Shown one piece after another: positions 47,737 through 58,442 of a stretch of 64,000 nt of DNA. The translations under genes were made by a program, and so were the position numbers. Source of the stretch: Candidatus Terraquivivens tengchongensis (GTDB lineage Archaea > Thermoproteota > Nitrososphaeria_A > Caldarchaeales > Wolframiiraptoraceae); assembly GCA_023261845.1 (NCBI GenBank), contig JALNJZ010000001.1, positions 32,001 to 96,000 on the forward strand. Reading direction: 5' to 3'. Numbering within the stretch: position 1 is the stretch's first letter; every line of letters starts with the position of its first letter. Below the pieces are notes generated by a model. It did not search any database. It had not been told where the DNA came from and saw only the letters and a program-made list of their open reading frames with translations.

Positions 47737-48915
47737 ATGAGAATGAGGATATTCAAGGACGAGAGTAAGCTGTCGCTGGAGTACGTCCCGCCCGTCCTTC
47801 CGCATAGGGAGAACGAGTTACGCCTCCTAAAAGCGTTCTTCAGCGGCATCCTGAAGGGCAAGCAAAACATCTCGGTTAGGGCGATAATATCCGGCTCGGC
47901 TGGTACGGGCAAGACAGCGATGGCGAAGCTTTTTGGCAAACAAATGGAGGTTGAGGCTAAGAATAAACAAATGAACCTTAAATACATTCATGTAAACTGT
48001 CGCGTGAATAGGACACTTTTCACTATACTCAAGAGAGTTGTGGAATATCTCAAGATACCGCTACCTTCGAGGGGATATTCGACAGAGGAGCTGATGCATG
48101 GGCTTCTAAATTATCTCGCAGAGAACGATCTCTACATCATCTTGGCACTCGACGATTTAGAAGTTCTGATAAAAGAAGAAGGGTCAGACCCGTTCTATTT
48201 CCTAATGAAGATTGGCGAAGATAGGGATGACAGGATGTCTAGACTTTCCTTCATATTCATCGTGAGAAACCCTGAGATATTAAACATGTTAGAAAGCGGC
48301 GCAAGGGTCGGGATGCTTAGCAACATAGTGCACCTTCCAGAATATAATGCTGCCCAGCTCTACGATATACTGAGCTATAGGGCTTCCGAGGCATTCTTTG
48401 ACAACGTCATCTTAGAAGAATCGATAAGGTTGATAGCAGACCTAGCTAGCGAGAGAGGTGATGCAAGGTATGCCATCGAGACACTTTGGAGGAGCGGAAA
48501 GTACGCTGAGGCTGAAGGGTGCGATATTGTAACGCCCGAGCACGTAAGGAAAGCCGCAGCCAGCATATACCCTGCGATAAAGAAGGAGAACCTGGCGTAT
48601 CTCTCATTACATGAAAAGCTAATACTCCTAGCAGTAACTAGGGCCTTAGCCTCGAACGAGAAAGCATACACCACCTCATCAGAGTTGAACGAGCTTTACA
48701 GGCTCGTGTGTGAAGAGTACAAGGTCCAGCCCAAGGCATACACACGCTTCTGGGAATATCTCCAAAAGCTCGAGGACCAGGGCATAATAAGGATAAAAGT
48801 ATCCAGTGAAGGTATAAGGGGGCGTAGGTCGTACATAACGCTACCTGAAATACCAGTCTCAATACTTCAGCATGAGTTGACGAAGCTACTAGAAGGTGGG
48901 AACGTAGAGCTTTGA
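47737..48915 (+). CDS. cdc6: Orc1/Cdc6 replication initiator
   Basis: YVPPVLPHRE, GSAGTGKT, HVNC, LDD Walker B, Y...QL.DIL..RA, GDARYAI and a C-terminal winged helix. Confidence 0.93.
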   Translation: MRMRIFKDESKLSLEYVPPVLPHRENELRLLKAFFSGILKGKQNISVRAIISGSAGTGKTAMAKLFGKQMEVEAKNKQMNLKYIHVNCRVNRTLFTILKRVVEYLKIPLPSRGYSTEELMHGLLNYLAENDLYIILALDDLEVLIKEEGSDPFYFLMKIGEDRDDRMSRLSFIFIVRNPEILNMLESGARVGMLSNIVHLPEYNAAQLYDILSYRASEAFFDNVILEESIRLIADLASERGDARYAIETLWRSGKYAEAEGCDIVTPEHVRKAAASIYPAIKKENLAYLSLHEKLILLAVTRALASNEKAYTTSSELNELYRLVCEEYKVQPKAYTRFWEYLQKLEDQGIIRIKVSSEGIRGRRSYITLPEIPVSILQHELTKLLEGGNVEL

Positions 48916-49166
48916 ATGGTCACATGAAAAGCTTGATGTCCCTTTCAAGAGGGAGGAGGAAGATACTGGAGACTCTTGCGAAGTTTGGAGAGGCAAACAT
49001 ATCTAAGATAATAAGGCACACATCGCTTAACTATAAGGTCGTGAATGTTTACCTAAAAGAAATGGAATCGCTAGGTTTGGTGAAGGAAAGGAAATTCGGT
49101 AGGGTTAGAATGTTCAGACTTTATGATTCCGAGACACTCATGCGGATGCTTTATAACTCTACTTAG
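48912..49166 (+). CDS. Small winged-helix (ArsR-like) DNA-binding protein
   Basis: RRKILETL...NIS.I...LNY...L.EME.LGLV.E..FGR; overlaps the cdc6 stop. Confidence 0.8.
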   Translation: MNGHMKSLMSLSRGRRKILETLAKFGEANISKIIRHTSLNYKVVNVYLKEMESLGLVKERKFGRVRMFRLYDSETLMRMLYNST

Positions 49167-50466
49167 TAGAAGATGTTTTCTTAGACTTTGTCACTTTTAC
49201 CTCCTTAACCTCTTCTGGCTTCCCTGATAAGAACGAGAGTTCGGAACCTGACAGTTCGAAGAACCTCATAAGATCTTTTGCAATGTTGCCGTTGTTTTTG
49301 ACCATGAAGCTCAAAAAAGGAAGCATCTCAATGTTTGCCTTATATGACGACATGTGACATTTTGACGCTATCTTACTAGACACAGCATTCCTTAGTTCCC
49401 TTTCATGTTTTGTAGCCTGAAGCATCCTAATCTTTTGTGGGAATGAGAATTTAACAAAACCCTTTGGTGTTTTCCTCTTAGAAATCGCAATACCGCCAGT
49501 CATTATGGGCACTGCGTATCTAAGCAAACCCCATCTTTGCATTTTCTTTATCTTTGCAAGATAAAGGTCAGCCTTTGCAAGAAAGTCCATGGCATGCGCA
49601 AGGTCTTCATGGTCCGTCAGTTGTTGTGGAACGTTGTCTAAGATCCAGTTGAAAAAGGTATCAATATCCACATCAATGTTTTCCGTTGAGGCCCATGCCT
49701 CTTTGATGCTTTTTGCATGGAATACCTGAACTAGTGCTGAGAATATCTCCTTGACCCTATCTCTGTAACCCAACGCTGCCAGTGTCGAACCATCTATCTT
49801 CGGCCCTGCCATCGCCAGTGCTTGAAGGTCATTTATCGCGGACCTTACATCACCATTTGACCTTTCTGCTATCGCTTTCAGTACATCATCGCTACATTCC
49901 AGACCTTCTAATGTGCATATCTTTCTCAAATGAGAAATTATGAGTTGCTTGTGTACATGCTTGAATTCTATCATTTCGCACATTTCCCTTATTGTAGCTA
50001 ACCTCTGGTTCCATGGGTCGTTCGCAACGAGTACTATAGGCACCTTAGTTTTCTCTATTGCATCCTTTATGGCCGGTATCCCTCCGGCGTCCTCTTGACC
50101 TGCTATGCCATCCACTTCGTCAATCAAGATTATTCTCTTCCTCATACCATTTAGTGTCGCGAACTCGCAAGCGGAGCCTACGATCGTCTTAATCTTCTCG
50201 GCAGTCCTCCAATCGCTAGCATTTACCTCAACTAAATCATATCCTTTTTCTGTAGCGTATGCTATAACTAGCGATGTTTTGCCAACACCAGCGGGTCCAT
50301 ATAAAAATGCTGCCTTTTTGGATGGCTTCCCCTTCTCCCAAGATGCCATCCAGTTAAGGAACGCTTCTATTGCTTCTTTGTTACCAATTATTTCCGAAAT
50401 CCTCTTCGGTCTGTACTTCTCTATCCAAATAGTAGAATGTTCTCGTCTTGTTGCTAACGTCATCAC
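49159..50466 (-). CDS. rfcL: Replication factor C large subunit
   Basis: WIEKYRP, GPAGVGKT, EVNASD, IDEVDG and GDVRSAINDLQ motifs; long C-terminal region. Confidence 0.95.
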   Translation of the reverse strand: MMTLATRREHSTIWIEKYRPKRISEIIGNKEAIEAFLNWMASWEKGKPSKKAAFLYGPAGVGKTSLVIAYATEKGYDLVEVNASDWRTAEKIKTIVGSACEFATLNGMRKRIILIDEVDGIAGQEDAGGIPAIKDAIEKTKVPIVLVANDPWNQRLATIREMCEMIEFKHVHKQLIISHLRKICTLEGLECSDDVLKAIAERSNGDVRSAINDLQALAMAGPKIDGSTLAALGYRDRVKEIFSALVQVFHAKSIKEAWASTENIDVDIDTFFNWILDNVPQQLTDHEDLAHAMDFLAKADLYLAKIKKMQRWGLLRYAVPIMTGGIAISKRKTPKGFVKFSFPQKIRMLQATKHERELRNAVSSKIASKCHMSSYKANIEMLPFLSFMVKNNGNIAKDLMRFFELSGSELSFLSGKPEEVKEVKVTKSKKTSSTK

Positions 50467-50683
50467 TAATAACTTTTATTCCTAACTAATAAGCTTCACG
50501 AGAATTCAGAAGGATTCTGGAGAAAATGCATTAAGGTTAAAAGATTTACATATATCGGGGGCACAATGTACAGAAATAATAATTGAAGGGATTTTACACA
50601 TAATTCGTTGCTTCAAAATGACGAATCTCGAAGTGGAAACATTCTACGAAAAACTTTTAAAACGAGTAGCTAATTAAAAAGGC

Positions 50684-52578
50684 TTGATGGTAAAGGAGAA
50701 CGTTAGTGGAATAAGCAAAGCTGTTGCGCTGGTGATTGTTGCCATAGTGATAGCTGCGGCGGGAATCAGTTTTGGAGTATATATGGCTACGACGACCCAA
50801 CAGGTAACGACCACCGTAACGGTAACACCAACAACCACAATTACTTCACCAACAAAGCCTCCGATAAAGAATCCAGATACAATAATTGAGGCAACTATAG
50901 GAGAGCCTGAAACACTCGACCCAGCATGGGCATACGACACTGCAAGTGGTGAGGTGATCTTTAACATATATGAGACGTTAATATTCTTTGATAGAGAAAA
51001 ACTTGACCAGTTTATACCGTTAATCGCCAAGGAAGTCCCATCAGTAGAGAATGGGTTGATCAAGGATAATGGTCTGACAATAATATTCCCCATCAGAGAT
51101 GGAATAAAGACTCACGACGGCGGCATGATAACCCCTGAGGATGTGGAATATTCTTTTGAGCGAGCTATGATTCAAGAAAGAGACGGTGGTCCCGTATGGA
51201 TGCTACTTGAACCCCTGCTGGGAGTTGAAACACTTGTGGATCTCGGCGACCTATCAGATCCGGATGATGCTGCGCGCATAGGTGAGATGATTGACAAAGC
51301 GGTCGAGGTAGAAGGAGGTAACGTGGTGTTTCACTTAAAGAAACCATTCCCGACGACGACATTCTTCCAGATACTAAGCCAGACCTGGTCAAGCATAATT
51401 GACAAGGAATGTGCAATTAAACATGGAGCATGGCCTGGAAACAAAGACAACTGGGCTGATGTATTTGCAAAATATCATAATCCAGAGGTCCCGGAGCTTC
51501 AAGAGGCAGACTGCGGATCAGGCCCATTCATGCTTGAAAAATGGGAGCATGGTAAAGAGATCTCACTGGTTAGGTTTAATGACTACTGGCGGGGACCTGC
51601 CAAGGTAGAGAGGGCCATAATCAAGAAAGTTGATGAATGGAGTACTAGAAAGCTGATGTTCCTGCAAGGAGATGCCGACATCGTGTACGTCCCACGATAA
51701 TACATAAAAGAGCTTGAGGGGGCGGAGGGGATACGATACGTCACTAATCTACCTCAAATAGCTATAGATGCCCTGTTCTTCACATTTGAAGTAGATCCTA
51801 ATAGCCCATATATAGGGAGCGGAAAGCTTGATGGGAAAGGAATCCCACCGGACTTTTTCAGCGACGTAAATGTCAGAAAAGCATTTGCCTATGCATTTGA
51901 CTGGAAGACCTATATCGAGCAAGCATGGATGGGTGAGGCTGAGCAAATACCCGGCCCAGTACCGAAAGGGCTACCTTTCTACAACCCCGACCAACCGAAA
52001 TACGGGTTTGATTTAGCTAAGTCCGAGGAATACTTTAAGAAAGCCTGGAACGGAGAGGTCTGGGAGAAAGGATTCTACATTGAGATACTATATAACGTTG
52101 GAAACATAACGTTGGAAACATTCCACGTAAGATCGCCGCCGAGATTTTAAAGGAAAACATCGAAAGTCTCAATCCGAAGTTCAAGATTTACATCAGAGGC
52201 GTAGAGTGGCCAACTTATTTAAGGGCCATGGTAAGAGGGCAATTACCAATATTCATCACAGGATGGTTGGCAGACTATCCTGATCCACATAACTTCGTAC
52301 ATCCATTCATGCATTCCTCCGGAGCTTTTGCTGCATGGCAGAAGTACAGTAACCCGCACGTAGACGAGCTAATCGAGAAAGGAATCACTGAGACAGATTC
52401 AGCTAAGAGAAGAGAGATCTACTATGAACTACAGGCGATATATTATGAAGACGTGCCAAGCATCGTATTACAGCAACCACTTGGCCGCCACTACGAGCGC
52501 GATTGGGTCCAAGGATGGTACTATAACCCAATATATCCAGGCATCTACTTCTATGCCCTATCAAAGGGGTACGAATAG
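50684..52578 (+). pseudogene. Peptide/oligopeptide ABC substrate-binding protein (family 5), disrupted
   Basis: One gene read across an in-frame TAA (51698-51700) and a 14-bp tandem duplication (52092-52119). Removing both gives a continuous SBP: PETLDPA, GSGPF, VRKAF..AFD, GWLADYPDP. Confidence 0.88.
52092..52119 (+). repeat. 14-bp tandem duplication ATAACGTTGGAAAC x2
   Basis: Seen directly; it causes the frameshift in the SBP gene. Confidence 0.95.
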
Positions 52579-52664
52579 TACATAACCATAACAACACCTT
52601 TTTTATTCTTATTGTCATCGAAACGTAAAATAACACTTAAATATGCAGTCAAATTCGTTAAAAG

Positions 52665-53707
52665 TTGAACTTGAGTACAAACCTCCGAACATTCCTTATT
52701 CGTAGGTTAATATTGGTCATACCCACACTTTTGGGCATATCCCTTTTGATCTTCGGGGTAACCCAGTTATTCGACCCAATCGAGCGCGCCTCTCTTTATA
52801 TACGGGACCCAAGACAGATAAGATTCGTTGAGGAGATTATAAAAAATATGGATTAGACCAGCCCTTTTACGTCCAATATTTTGGTTGGTTGAGTCAAGTT
52901 CTTCAAGGGAACCTTGGTTGGTCTCAATCACTTCACATGCCAGTTTTGGAAGCGCTGATAACGAGGTTTCCTGCAACTGCCGAGTTAGTTTTATATTCCG
53001 CTCCTTTGACAATCGTTCTCGGTATATTCTTAGGAAAGATATCAGCTGTGAAAAGGGATACTGTAATAGACCACGTAACAAGGGTCATGGCTATAGTCGG
53101 CTGGTCGCTCCCAGCATTCTGGCTTGGAATAATTTTGATGGCCGTATTCTATGGTGGATTTGGCATTTTCCCGCCTGGAAGGTTAAGCCCTTGGGCTGAG
53201 GCAATGATACGTTCTGGGAAGTTTAAAGCTTACACGGGACTTTATACCATTGATGCAATCCTGAATCTTAACGGTGATGTTTTCATTGATGCCTTATCCC
53301 ATCTGGTTCTCCCAGTCATAACCTTGACGACGATCAACGTGGCGTTGATAATGAGGGTGATGCGTTCAAGCATGCTTGAACAACTTGGAAAGACCTATAT
53401 AATCGCCGCCAGGGCTAGAGGTCTAGATAGTAAGACGGTCATTGATAAACATGCCACTAAAAACGCTTTGATACCAGTGGTAACAATTTCAGGATTGCTT
53501 ACGGCCGGAATGCTTTCGGGGATGGTAATCACCGAGACCGTATTCGAATTTAAGGGTGTTGGATACTTTGCGGCCCACGCTGCGACTCAGCTTGATATAC
53601 CTGCCGTGTTGGGATTTGCCTTATTCGCAGGGCTCATCTTCGTAATAGCTAACCTAATAGTAGACATCCTTTATGCATACATAGATCCAAGAATTAGGCT
53701 AAGGTGA
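52665..53707 (+). pseudogene. dppB: Peptide ABC permease DppB, frameshifted
   Basis: Adding one A to the A6 run at 52841-52846 gives ...EEIIKKYGLDQPFYVQYFGWLSQVLQGNLG..., joining the two ORFs; ARARGL and YAYIDPRIR motifs present. Confidence 0.85.
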
Positions 53708-53714
53708 AACTGCG

Positions 53715-54634
53715 ATGAAAACAAGAGTAGAGACAAAAGAAAGTCCCAGGCTTAAAGAGTTAAAGTTTATTGTAAGAAGAATCAGGGAAAACCCGCTGTC
53801 CTTAGCAGGATTAGTAATAATCATCTTTTTCACGATCATAGCCATAACAGCTCCGGTGCTCGCACCCCCGCGGCCCGGGCGTGATCCGTACATCATTCCC
53901 AGATCAGGCTACTTCCCGGAACCACAACCCCAAATCTAGAACATCCCTTTGGAACAACCGAAGGGCAGTACGATCTATACTATGGTGTGATTTGGGGGAC
54001 TAGGACGGCTTACAGGATCGGGGTTTTAGTTGTTGCCGTAAGCGCTCTTATAGGAATCATTGTTGGAAGCTTGGCGGGCTACTATAAAGGAGTTGTAGAC
54101 GAGGTGCTTATGCGTTTAACAGACATAATACTAGCGTTTCCAGGGCTGATACTTGCTATGGCGTTAGTTGTTGCATTCGGCCCTGGATTAGATAGCATAA
54201 CACTCGCATTAATCTTGGTTGGATGGCCTACCTATGCTCGGCTTATTAGAGGGGAATTTCTAAGAATAACTTCAGAGGATTTTGTAGAGGCGGCAAAGGC
54301 CATAGGTTGCTCAGATTTCAGGATCATAGTTAGGCACGTCCTACCTAACGCAGTTTTTCCACTCCTGATAGTAGCCTCGCTTGATATAGGCGCGATAGTG
54401 ATAACCGCTGCTGCATTAAGCTTCTTAGGTTTAGGAGCGCCTGAAGGATATGCGGACTGGGGTCAGCTTATCTCTCTCTCAAGAAACTGGATTACTGGGA
54501 CATCCGGGAATCCATTTGCATATTGGCACGTGTATGTGATTCCTGGGCTTTTCCTCTTCCTGTTTGTTATGGGCTGGAATCTTCTCGGAGACGCATTTAG
54601 AGACGTATTAGATCCAATGATCCGGAGGAAGTGA
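53715..54634 (+). pseudogene. dppC: Peptide ABC permease DppC, frameshifted
   Basis: Adding one C to the C4 run at 53928-53931 gives ...PQPPNLEHPFGTTEGQYDLYYGVIWGTR..., joining the two ORFs; FVEAAKAIG and NLLGDAFRD.LDP motifs present. Confidence 0.85.
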
Positions 54635-55875
54635 AGAGGCTGACTCTAGAAACCTTAGATAATGAAGAATTGTTGAGTGTCAAGGACTTAGTCGTCCGAT
54701 TCTATACGTATGAGGGCATAGTGAAGGCCGTTGAGAGGGCGAACCTAAAGCTGAGAAAGGGCGAGACTCTAGGAATCGTGGGTGAGACTGGGAGTGGAAA
54801 ATCCGTAACCGCCTTCACGATAATAGCCTTAACTCCTTCTCCAGGTAGGGTTGAGGGTGGAGCCGTATATTTCAGAAGGGCTCAAGGAGATGTTGTAAAT
54901 ATCATCAAGCTCAAAGAGGTTGAGTTGCTGAGAATTAGAGGTAAAGAGGTCTCTATGATTTTCCAAGAACCTAATGCTGCTCTAGACCCACTTTACAGGG
55001 TCGGAGATCAGATAGCTGAAGCAATACTCTCCCACAGACTGCCCGAGATTCTTGAGAACGTAATAAAGTTTGTCGAGGGGGAGCTGAGAAGAGGGCGCAG
55101 TGGATTCGGAGCGAGGCTGGAACTTTGGGCCTACCGAAAGATGCTTGAAAATCCGAAATCCGCAATCCTAGCAATTCTACGGAGGATTCCTATAATCAAA
55201 AACTTGATGACTCGCAGACTTAAACATGTCGTTCGAGAAGAGATTATTGAACTCCTCAAGCTCATGGAAATACCTGACCCTGAAAGAATTATCGAGGCCT
55301 ATCCCCACGAGCTAAGCGGAGGAATGCAACAAAGAATAATGATAGCCATAGCTTTGGCTTGCTCACCTGTTTTGTTACTCGCAGATGAACCTACCACTAA
55401 CTTAGACGTGACTGTTCAAGCCCAAATAATTGACTTGATCATGAGATTAAAAAACAAGCTCAATATGTCCATAATTTACATCACCCATGACATGGGAGTC
55501 ATAGCTGAGATAAGTGACAGAGTTGCAGTAATGTACGCTGGAAACCTCGTGGAAGTTGCTCCTGTTAAGGAGCTCTTCAATAACCCCCTTCACCCATACA
55601 CAAGGGCTCTCCTAGAGTCCATACCTAGACCGGGCTCCCCGTTCAAATCGATTCCAGGGACTATTCCAAACCTTGTGAACCCCCCGAGTGGATGCAGATT
55701 CCATCCGAGGTGTCCCTACGTTAGGGAGGCTTGTAAACTTGAGGTTCCCGAGCTTGTCAAAGTATCTGAAGATCATTACGTAGCTTGCTTGCTTTATGAT
55801 GGTGAGATATATGGGAAATATGGTGGTCACGGTAGATCTGAAGAAATACTTTCCGATAAGAGGCGGAATATTTAG
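54631..55875 (+). CDS. dppD: Peptide ABC ATPase DppD
   Basis: GETGSGKS, YPHELSGGMQQR, ADEPTT, HPYT and GCRFHPRC motifs; internal insertion of about 70 aa. Confidence 0.92.
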   Translation: MKRLTLETLDNEELLSVKDLVVRFYTYEGIVKAVERANLKLRKGETLGIVGETGSGKSVTAFTIIALTPSPGRVEGGAVYFRRAQGDVVNIIKLKEVELLRIRGKEVSMIFQEPNAALDPLYRVGDQIAEAILSHRLPEILENVIKFVEGELRRGRSGFGARLELWAYRKMLENPKSAILAILRRIPIIKNLMTRRLKHVVREEIIELLKLMEIPDPERIIEAYPHELSGGMQQRIMIAIALACSPVLLLADEPTTNLDVTVQAQIIDLIMRLKNKLNMSIIYITHDMGVIAEISDRVAVMYAGNLVEVAPVKELFNNPLHPYTRALLESIPRPGSPFKSIPGTIPNLVNPPSGCRFHPRCPYVREACKLEVPELVKVSEDHYVACLLYDGEIYGKYGGHGRSEEILSDKRRNI

Positions 55876-56824
55876 CAAGAAGGTAGGCGAAGTTAAAGCC
55901 GTAGATGGCGTAACCCTAGCGATAAAGTCAGGAGAGACTTTGGGTCTTGTAGGCGAATCAGGGTGCGGAAAGACCACCTTTGGAAAGACCGTCATAAGAC
56001 TTCTCGACCCAGATGGAGGGAAAATCTTTTTCGATCCTGAAGGGGTTCTTTCAGATAATCCACAGATTGAAGAGAATGCAAAAAATCACGATATCACGAA
56101 TGTCAAGGGAAGGAGGCTCAAATTATTAAGGAAATATATGCAAATAGTCTACCAAAATCCATCAACATCGCTTAACCCAAGGATGCTGGTGAAGGATATT
56201 GTCGCCGAACCTCTAATAGTTCATGGAATTTGTAAAGGAAAAGAAGCTGATGAACGTGTTCTAAAAATGCTTGAGAAAGTCGGTCTCTCGAGAGAGCATC
56301 TATATAGGTATCCACACGAGTTCAGCGGAGGTCAGAAACAGAGGATAGCAATAGCAAGAGCTTTAATAACACATCCAAAATTCGTCGTCCTAGATGAGCC
56401 GACGTCGTCCGTAGATGTATCAGTAAGAGCATCATTAATAGAGTTGTTTAAAGATCTCCAGAGAAGGATGGGGTTGACTTATCTTTTTATTAGTCATGAT
56501 CTATCAATAATTGAGACTATTAGCACAAGGGTTGTTGTTATGTATCTTGGGAAGATCGTTGAGGTCGCGGAGACCGAAGAGATCTTCAAATCTCCTCTTC
56601 ACCCATACACACAAGCCTTGTTCTCTGCAATTCCTATACCAAATCCTGAGATAAAGCGTAAGAGGATAATCCTCCATGGAGAGCCGCCGAGTCCAGCCAA
56701 CCCTCCAAGTGGGTGCAGATTCCATCCGAGGTGCGCTTATAAAGAGGATGTTTGCGAACATTGTGAACCGGAACTTTTTGAGGTCAGGCCTGGTCATCTA
56801 GTTGCATGTCACCTCTATTCATAA
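55811..56824 (+). CDS. dppF: Peptide ABC ATPase DppF
   Basis: LKKYFP, GESGCGKTT, YPHEFSGGQKQR, HPYT, GCRFHPRC and VACH motifs. Start placed at ATG 55811 after a GGTGAG SD; the ORF is open from 55796. Confidence 0.92.
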   Translation: MGNMVVTVDLKKYFPIRGGIFSKKVGEVKAVDGVTLAIKSGETLGLVGESGCGKTTFGKTVIRLLDPDGGKIFFDPEGVLSDNPQIEENAKNHDITNVKGRRLKLLRKYMQIVYQNPSTSLNPRMLVKDIVAEPLIVHGICKGKEADERVLKMLEKVGLSREHLYRYPHEFSGGQKQRIAIARALITHPKFVVLDEPTSSVDVSVRASLIELFKDLQRRMGLTYLFISHDLSIIETISTRVVVMYLGKIVEVAETEEIFKSPLHPYTQALFSAIPIPNPEIKRKRIILHGEPPSPANPPSGCRFHPRCAYKEDVCEHCEPELFEVRPGHLVACHLYS

Positions 56825-56913
56825 AGGCTTTTCTTCCCAGTATTGTTAATGACCTCAGGTAGCTTACTTGTTTAAAAGAAAGGCCATTATTCAATGAAAG
56901 GATAGATTTCTCA

Positions 56914-57888
56914 TTATTTCTTTTTGGCCATTGTAGCTAGTTTAGCAAGGAAACTCATAATCTGTACTTCTTCCGATGCGCCCTCCGCTATCCTGTAGTC
57001 AACCTCGCCCAGGATGTCGAGTAGCTCAACTTTTGATTCCTCTGAGATATTGAGTGCAAAAATCTCCCTGTATATTGCTGAGATGAGGTCTCTACCAGCT
57101 ATTCCTTGCAGGTATAGAATAGCCCTGAGGGCGTCCCTTGCTTCTACGAACTTGCCAGACATTGCGTATTCTAGTATTCTCCTTACATCGCCCCTACTCA
57201 CATACCCTATAACTGTGTAAACAGCTTTTTCATCTACCTTCTTTCCGAGCGTAGAGGCCGCTTGTAGGATGTTTATGCATTTTCTCATATCTCCCTGCGC
57301 GAAGTCATATATGGCATCGATTGCCTCGTCGTCTATCTCCAAACCTTCTGACTTAGCTATCTTCTTCAAATGGGATGCCACATCGGTCTTCGTAAGAGGT
57401 TTGAACCTAAAGACTGCACATCTTGATTGTATCGGTTCGATTATTCTGTTGCTATAATTGGCCACGAGTATGAACCTGCACGTCGAAGAGAATTGCTCCA
57501 TCACACGTCTAAAAGCATGTTGAGCGTCATCCGTAAGCTGGTCACTTTCATCCAAGAGAAGTATCCTGAAGCCCACACCACTGAATGGAATAGACCTCGC
57601 GTACATCTTTACCTTTTCACGAATCGTTGCTATGCCTCGTTCATCGGACGCGTTGATTTCCACAAATAGACCATCTTTTATGTAACCCTCACCATACAGA
57701 TCTCTTGCAAATGCATGAGCTGTCGCAGTCTTCCCTGTGCCGGGTGGTCCCGTGAACAGCATATGTGGAACTGCCTTTGTCTTAAGTATGTTTTTTAGGC
57801 TGGAAACTACCTCATGCTGGTTTACTATCTCGTCGAGTGTCGTGGGTCTATACTTTTCAATCCAAGGCAGCATACTTACCGTAGACAA
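56914..57888 (-). CDS. rfcS: Replication factor C small subunit
   Basis: PWIEKYRP, GPPGTGKT, EINASDERG, LDESD, AQHAFRR, SRC motif and GDMRK; no intein. Confidence 0.96.
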   Translation of the reverse strand: MSTVSMLPWIEKYRPTTLDEIVNQHEVVSSLKNILKTKAVPHMLFTGPPGTGKTATAHAFARDLYGEGYIKDGLFVEINASDERGIATIREKVKMYARSIPFSGVGFRILLLDESDQLTDDAQHAFRRVMEQFSSTCRFILVANYSNRIIEPIQSRCAVFRFKPLTKTDVASHLKKIAKSEGLEIDDEAIDAIYDFAQGDMRKCINILQAASTLGKKVDEKAVYTVIGYVSRGDVRRILEYAMSGKFVEARDALRAILYLQGIAGRDLISAIYREIFALNISEESKVELLDILGEVDYRIAEGASEEVQIMSFLAKLATMAKKK

Positions 57889-58000
57889 CCCACAACCAGC
57901 TTGATTGGTATAACGACGTATAATAAAGGTTACTTTGGGAAGTTTTACTATTTTGAATCTATACTTTTATATTACATTATTTTTTATTTAGGTTACTAAG

Positions 58001-58291
58001 ATGGTGACTGAAAGAAACTTATCCTGTATTTGTGGTGCAACTGTTGATGTCTCTTCGCTTATCGTAGAAAGGATTGGGGAAGAATATTACAAGATAGTAT
58101 GTCCGTCACCGAAGTGTCCTCTACGTGAGTTAGGCTTTGTAAAAGTTATTTGTCACTCAAATCCAAAGTTTGAGGTAAAACTTTCGAGGATGTTTAAAGA
58201 TTGGAATGTCCTACTTGTCGGTAGGGAAAGTTGTGACAGACTCGTACGCGACTTGCTGAAGCAAATATCTTTAAAGCTTAGAAAGTTCTAA
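58001..58291 (+). CDS. Small Cys-rich hypothetical protein (possible Zn-binding)
   Basis: CICG...CPSPKC motif; 96 aa. Confidence 0.65.
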   Translation: MVTERNLSCICGATVDVSSLIVERIGEEYYKIVCPSPKCPLRELGFVKVICHSNPKFEVKLSRMFKDWNVLLVGRESCDRLVRDLLKQISLKLRKF

Positions 58292-58442
58292 ACATGTTGA
58301 ACATAACTTTTGTGGATTATAACGGGCGAGAAGGACAATGATGAAGTTGGAATAAAACCACTTTTGCCCACAACCATAATCGAGACACATAGCACGACTT
58401 AGCTGTCGTTAAAATAACAGCGTTAAAAAGTTATATTGCACT

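Noticed and set aside
50787-50860. ACN-rich low-complexity repeat
   Set aside because: It encodes the ordinary Thr-rich linker of an archaeal substrate-binding protein.
51698-51700. In-frame stop as possible Sec/Pyl recoding or alternative genetic code
   Set aside because: The codon is TAA, not TGA or TAG; TAA ends many other genes here, and the same gene has a separate frameshift.
52092-52121. Repeat ending in GGAAAC, reminiscent of a CRISPR repeat end
   Set aside because: Only two directly adjacent 14-bp copies, no spacers, inside a coding sequence; it is a slippage duplication.
52841-53931. Programmed ribosomal frameshifting in dppB/dppC
   Set aside because: No stimulatory structure is evident and the upstream SBP gene is independently broken; decay or consensus error is more parsimonious.
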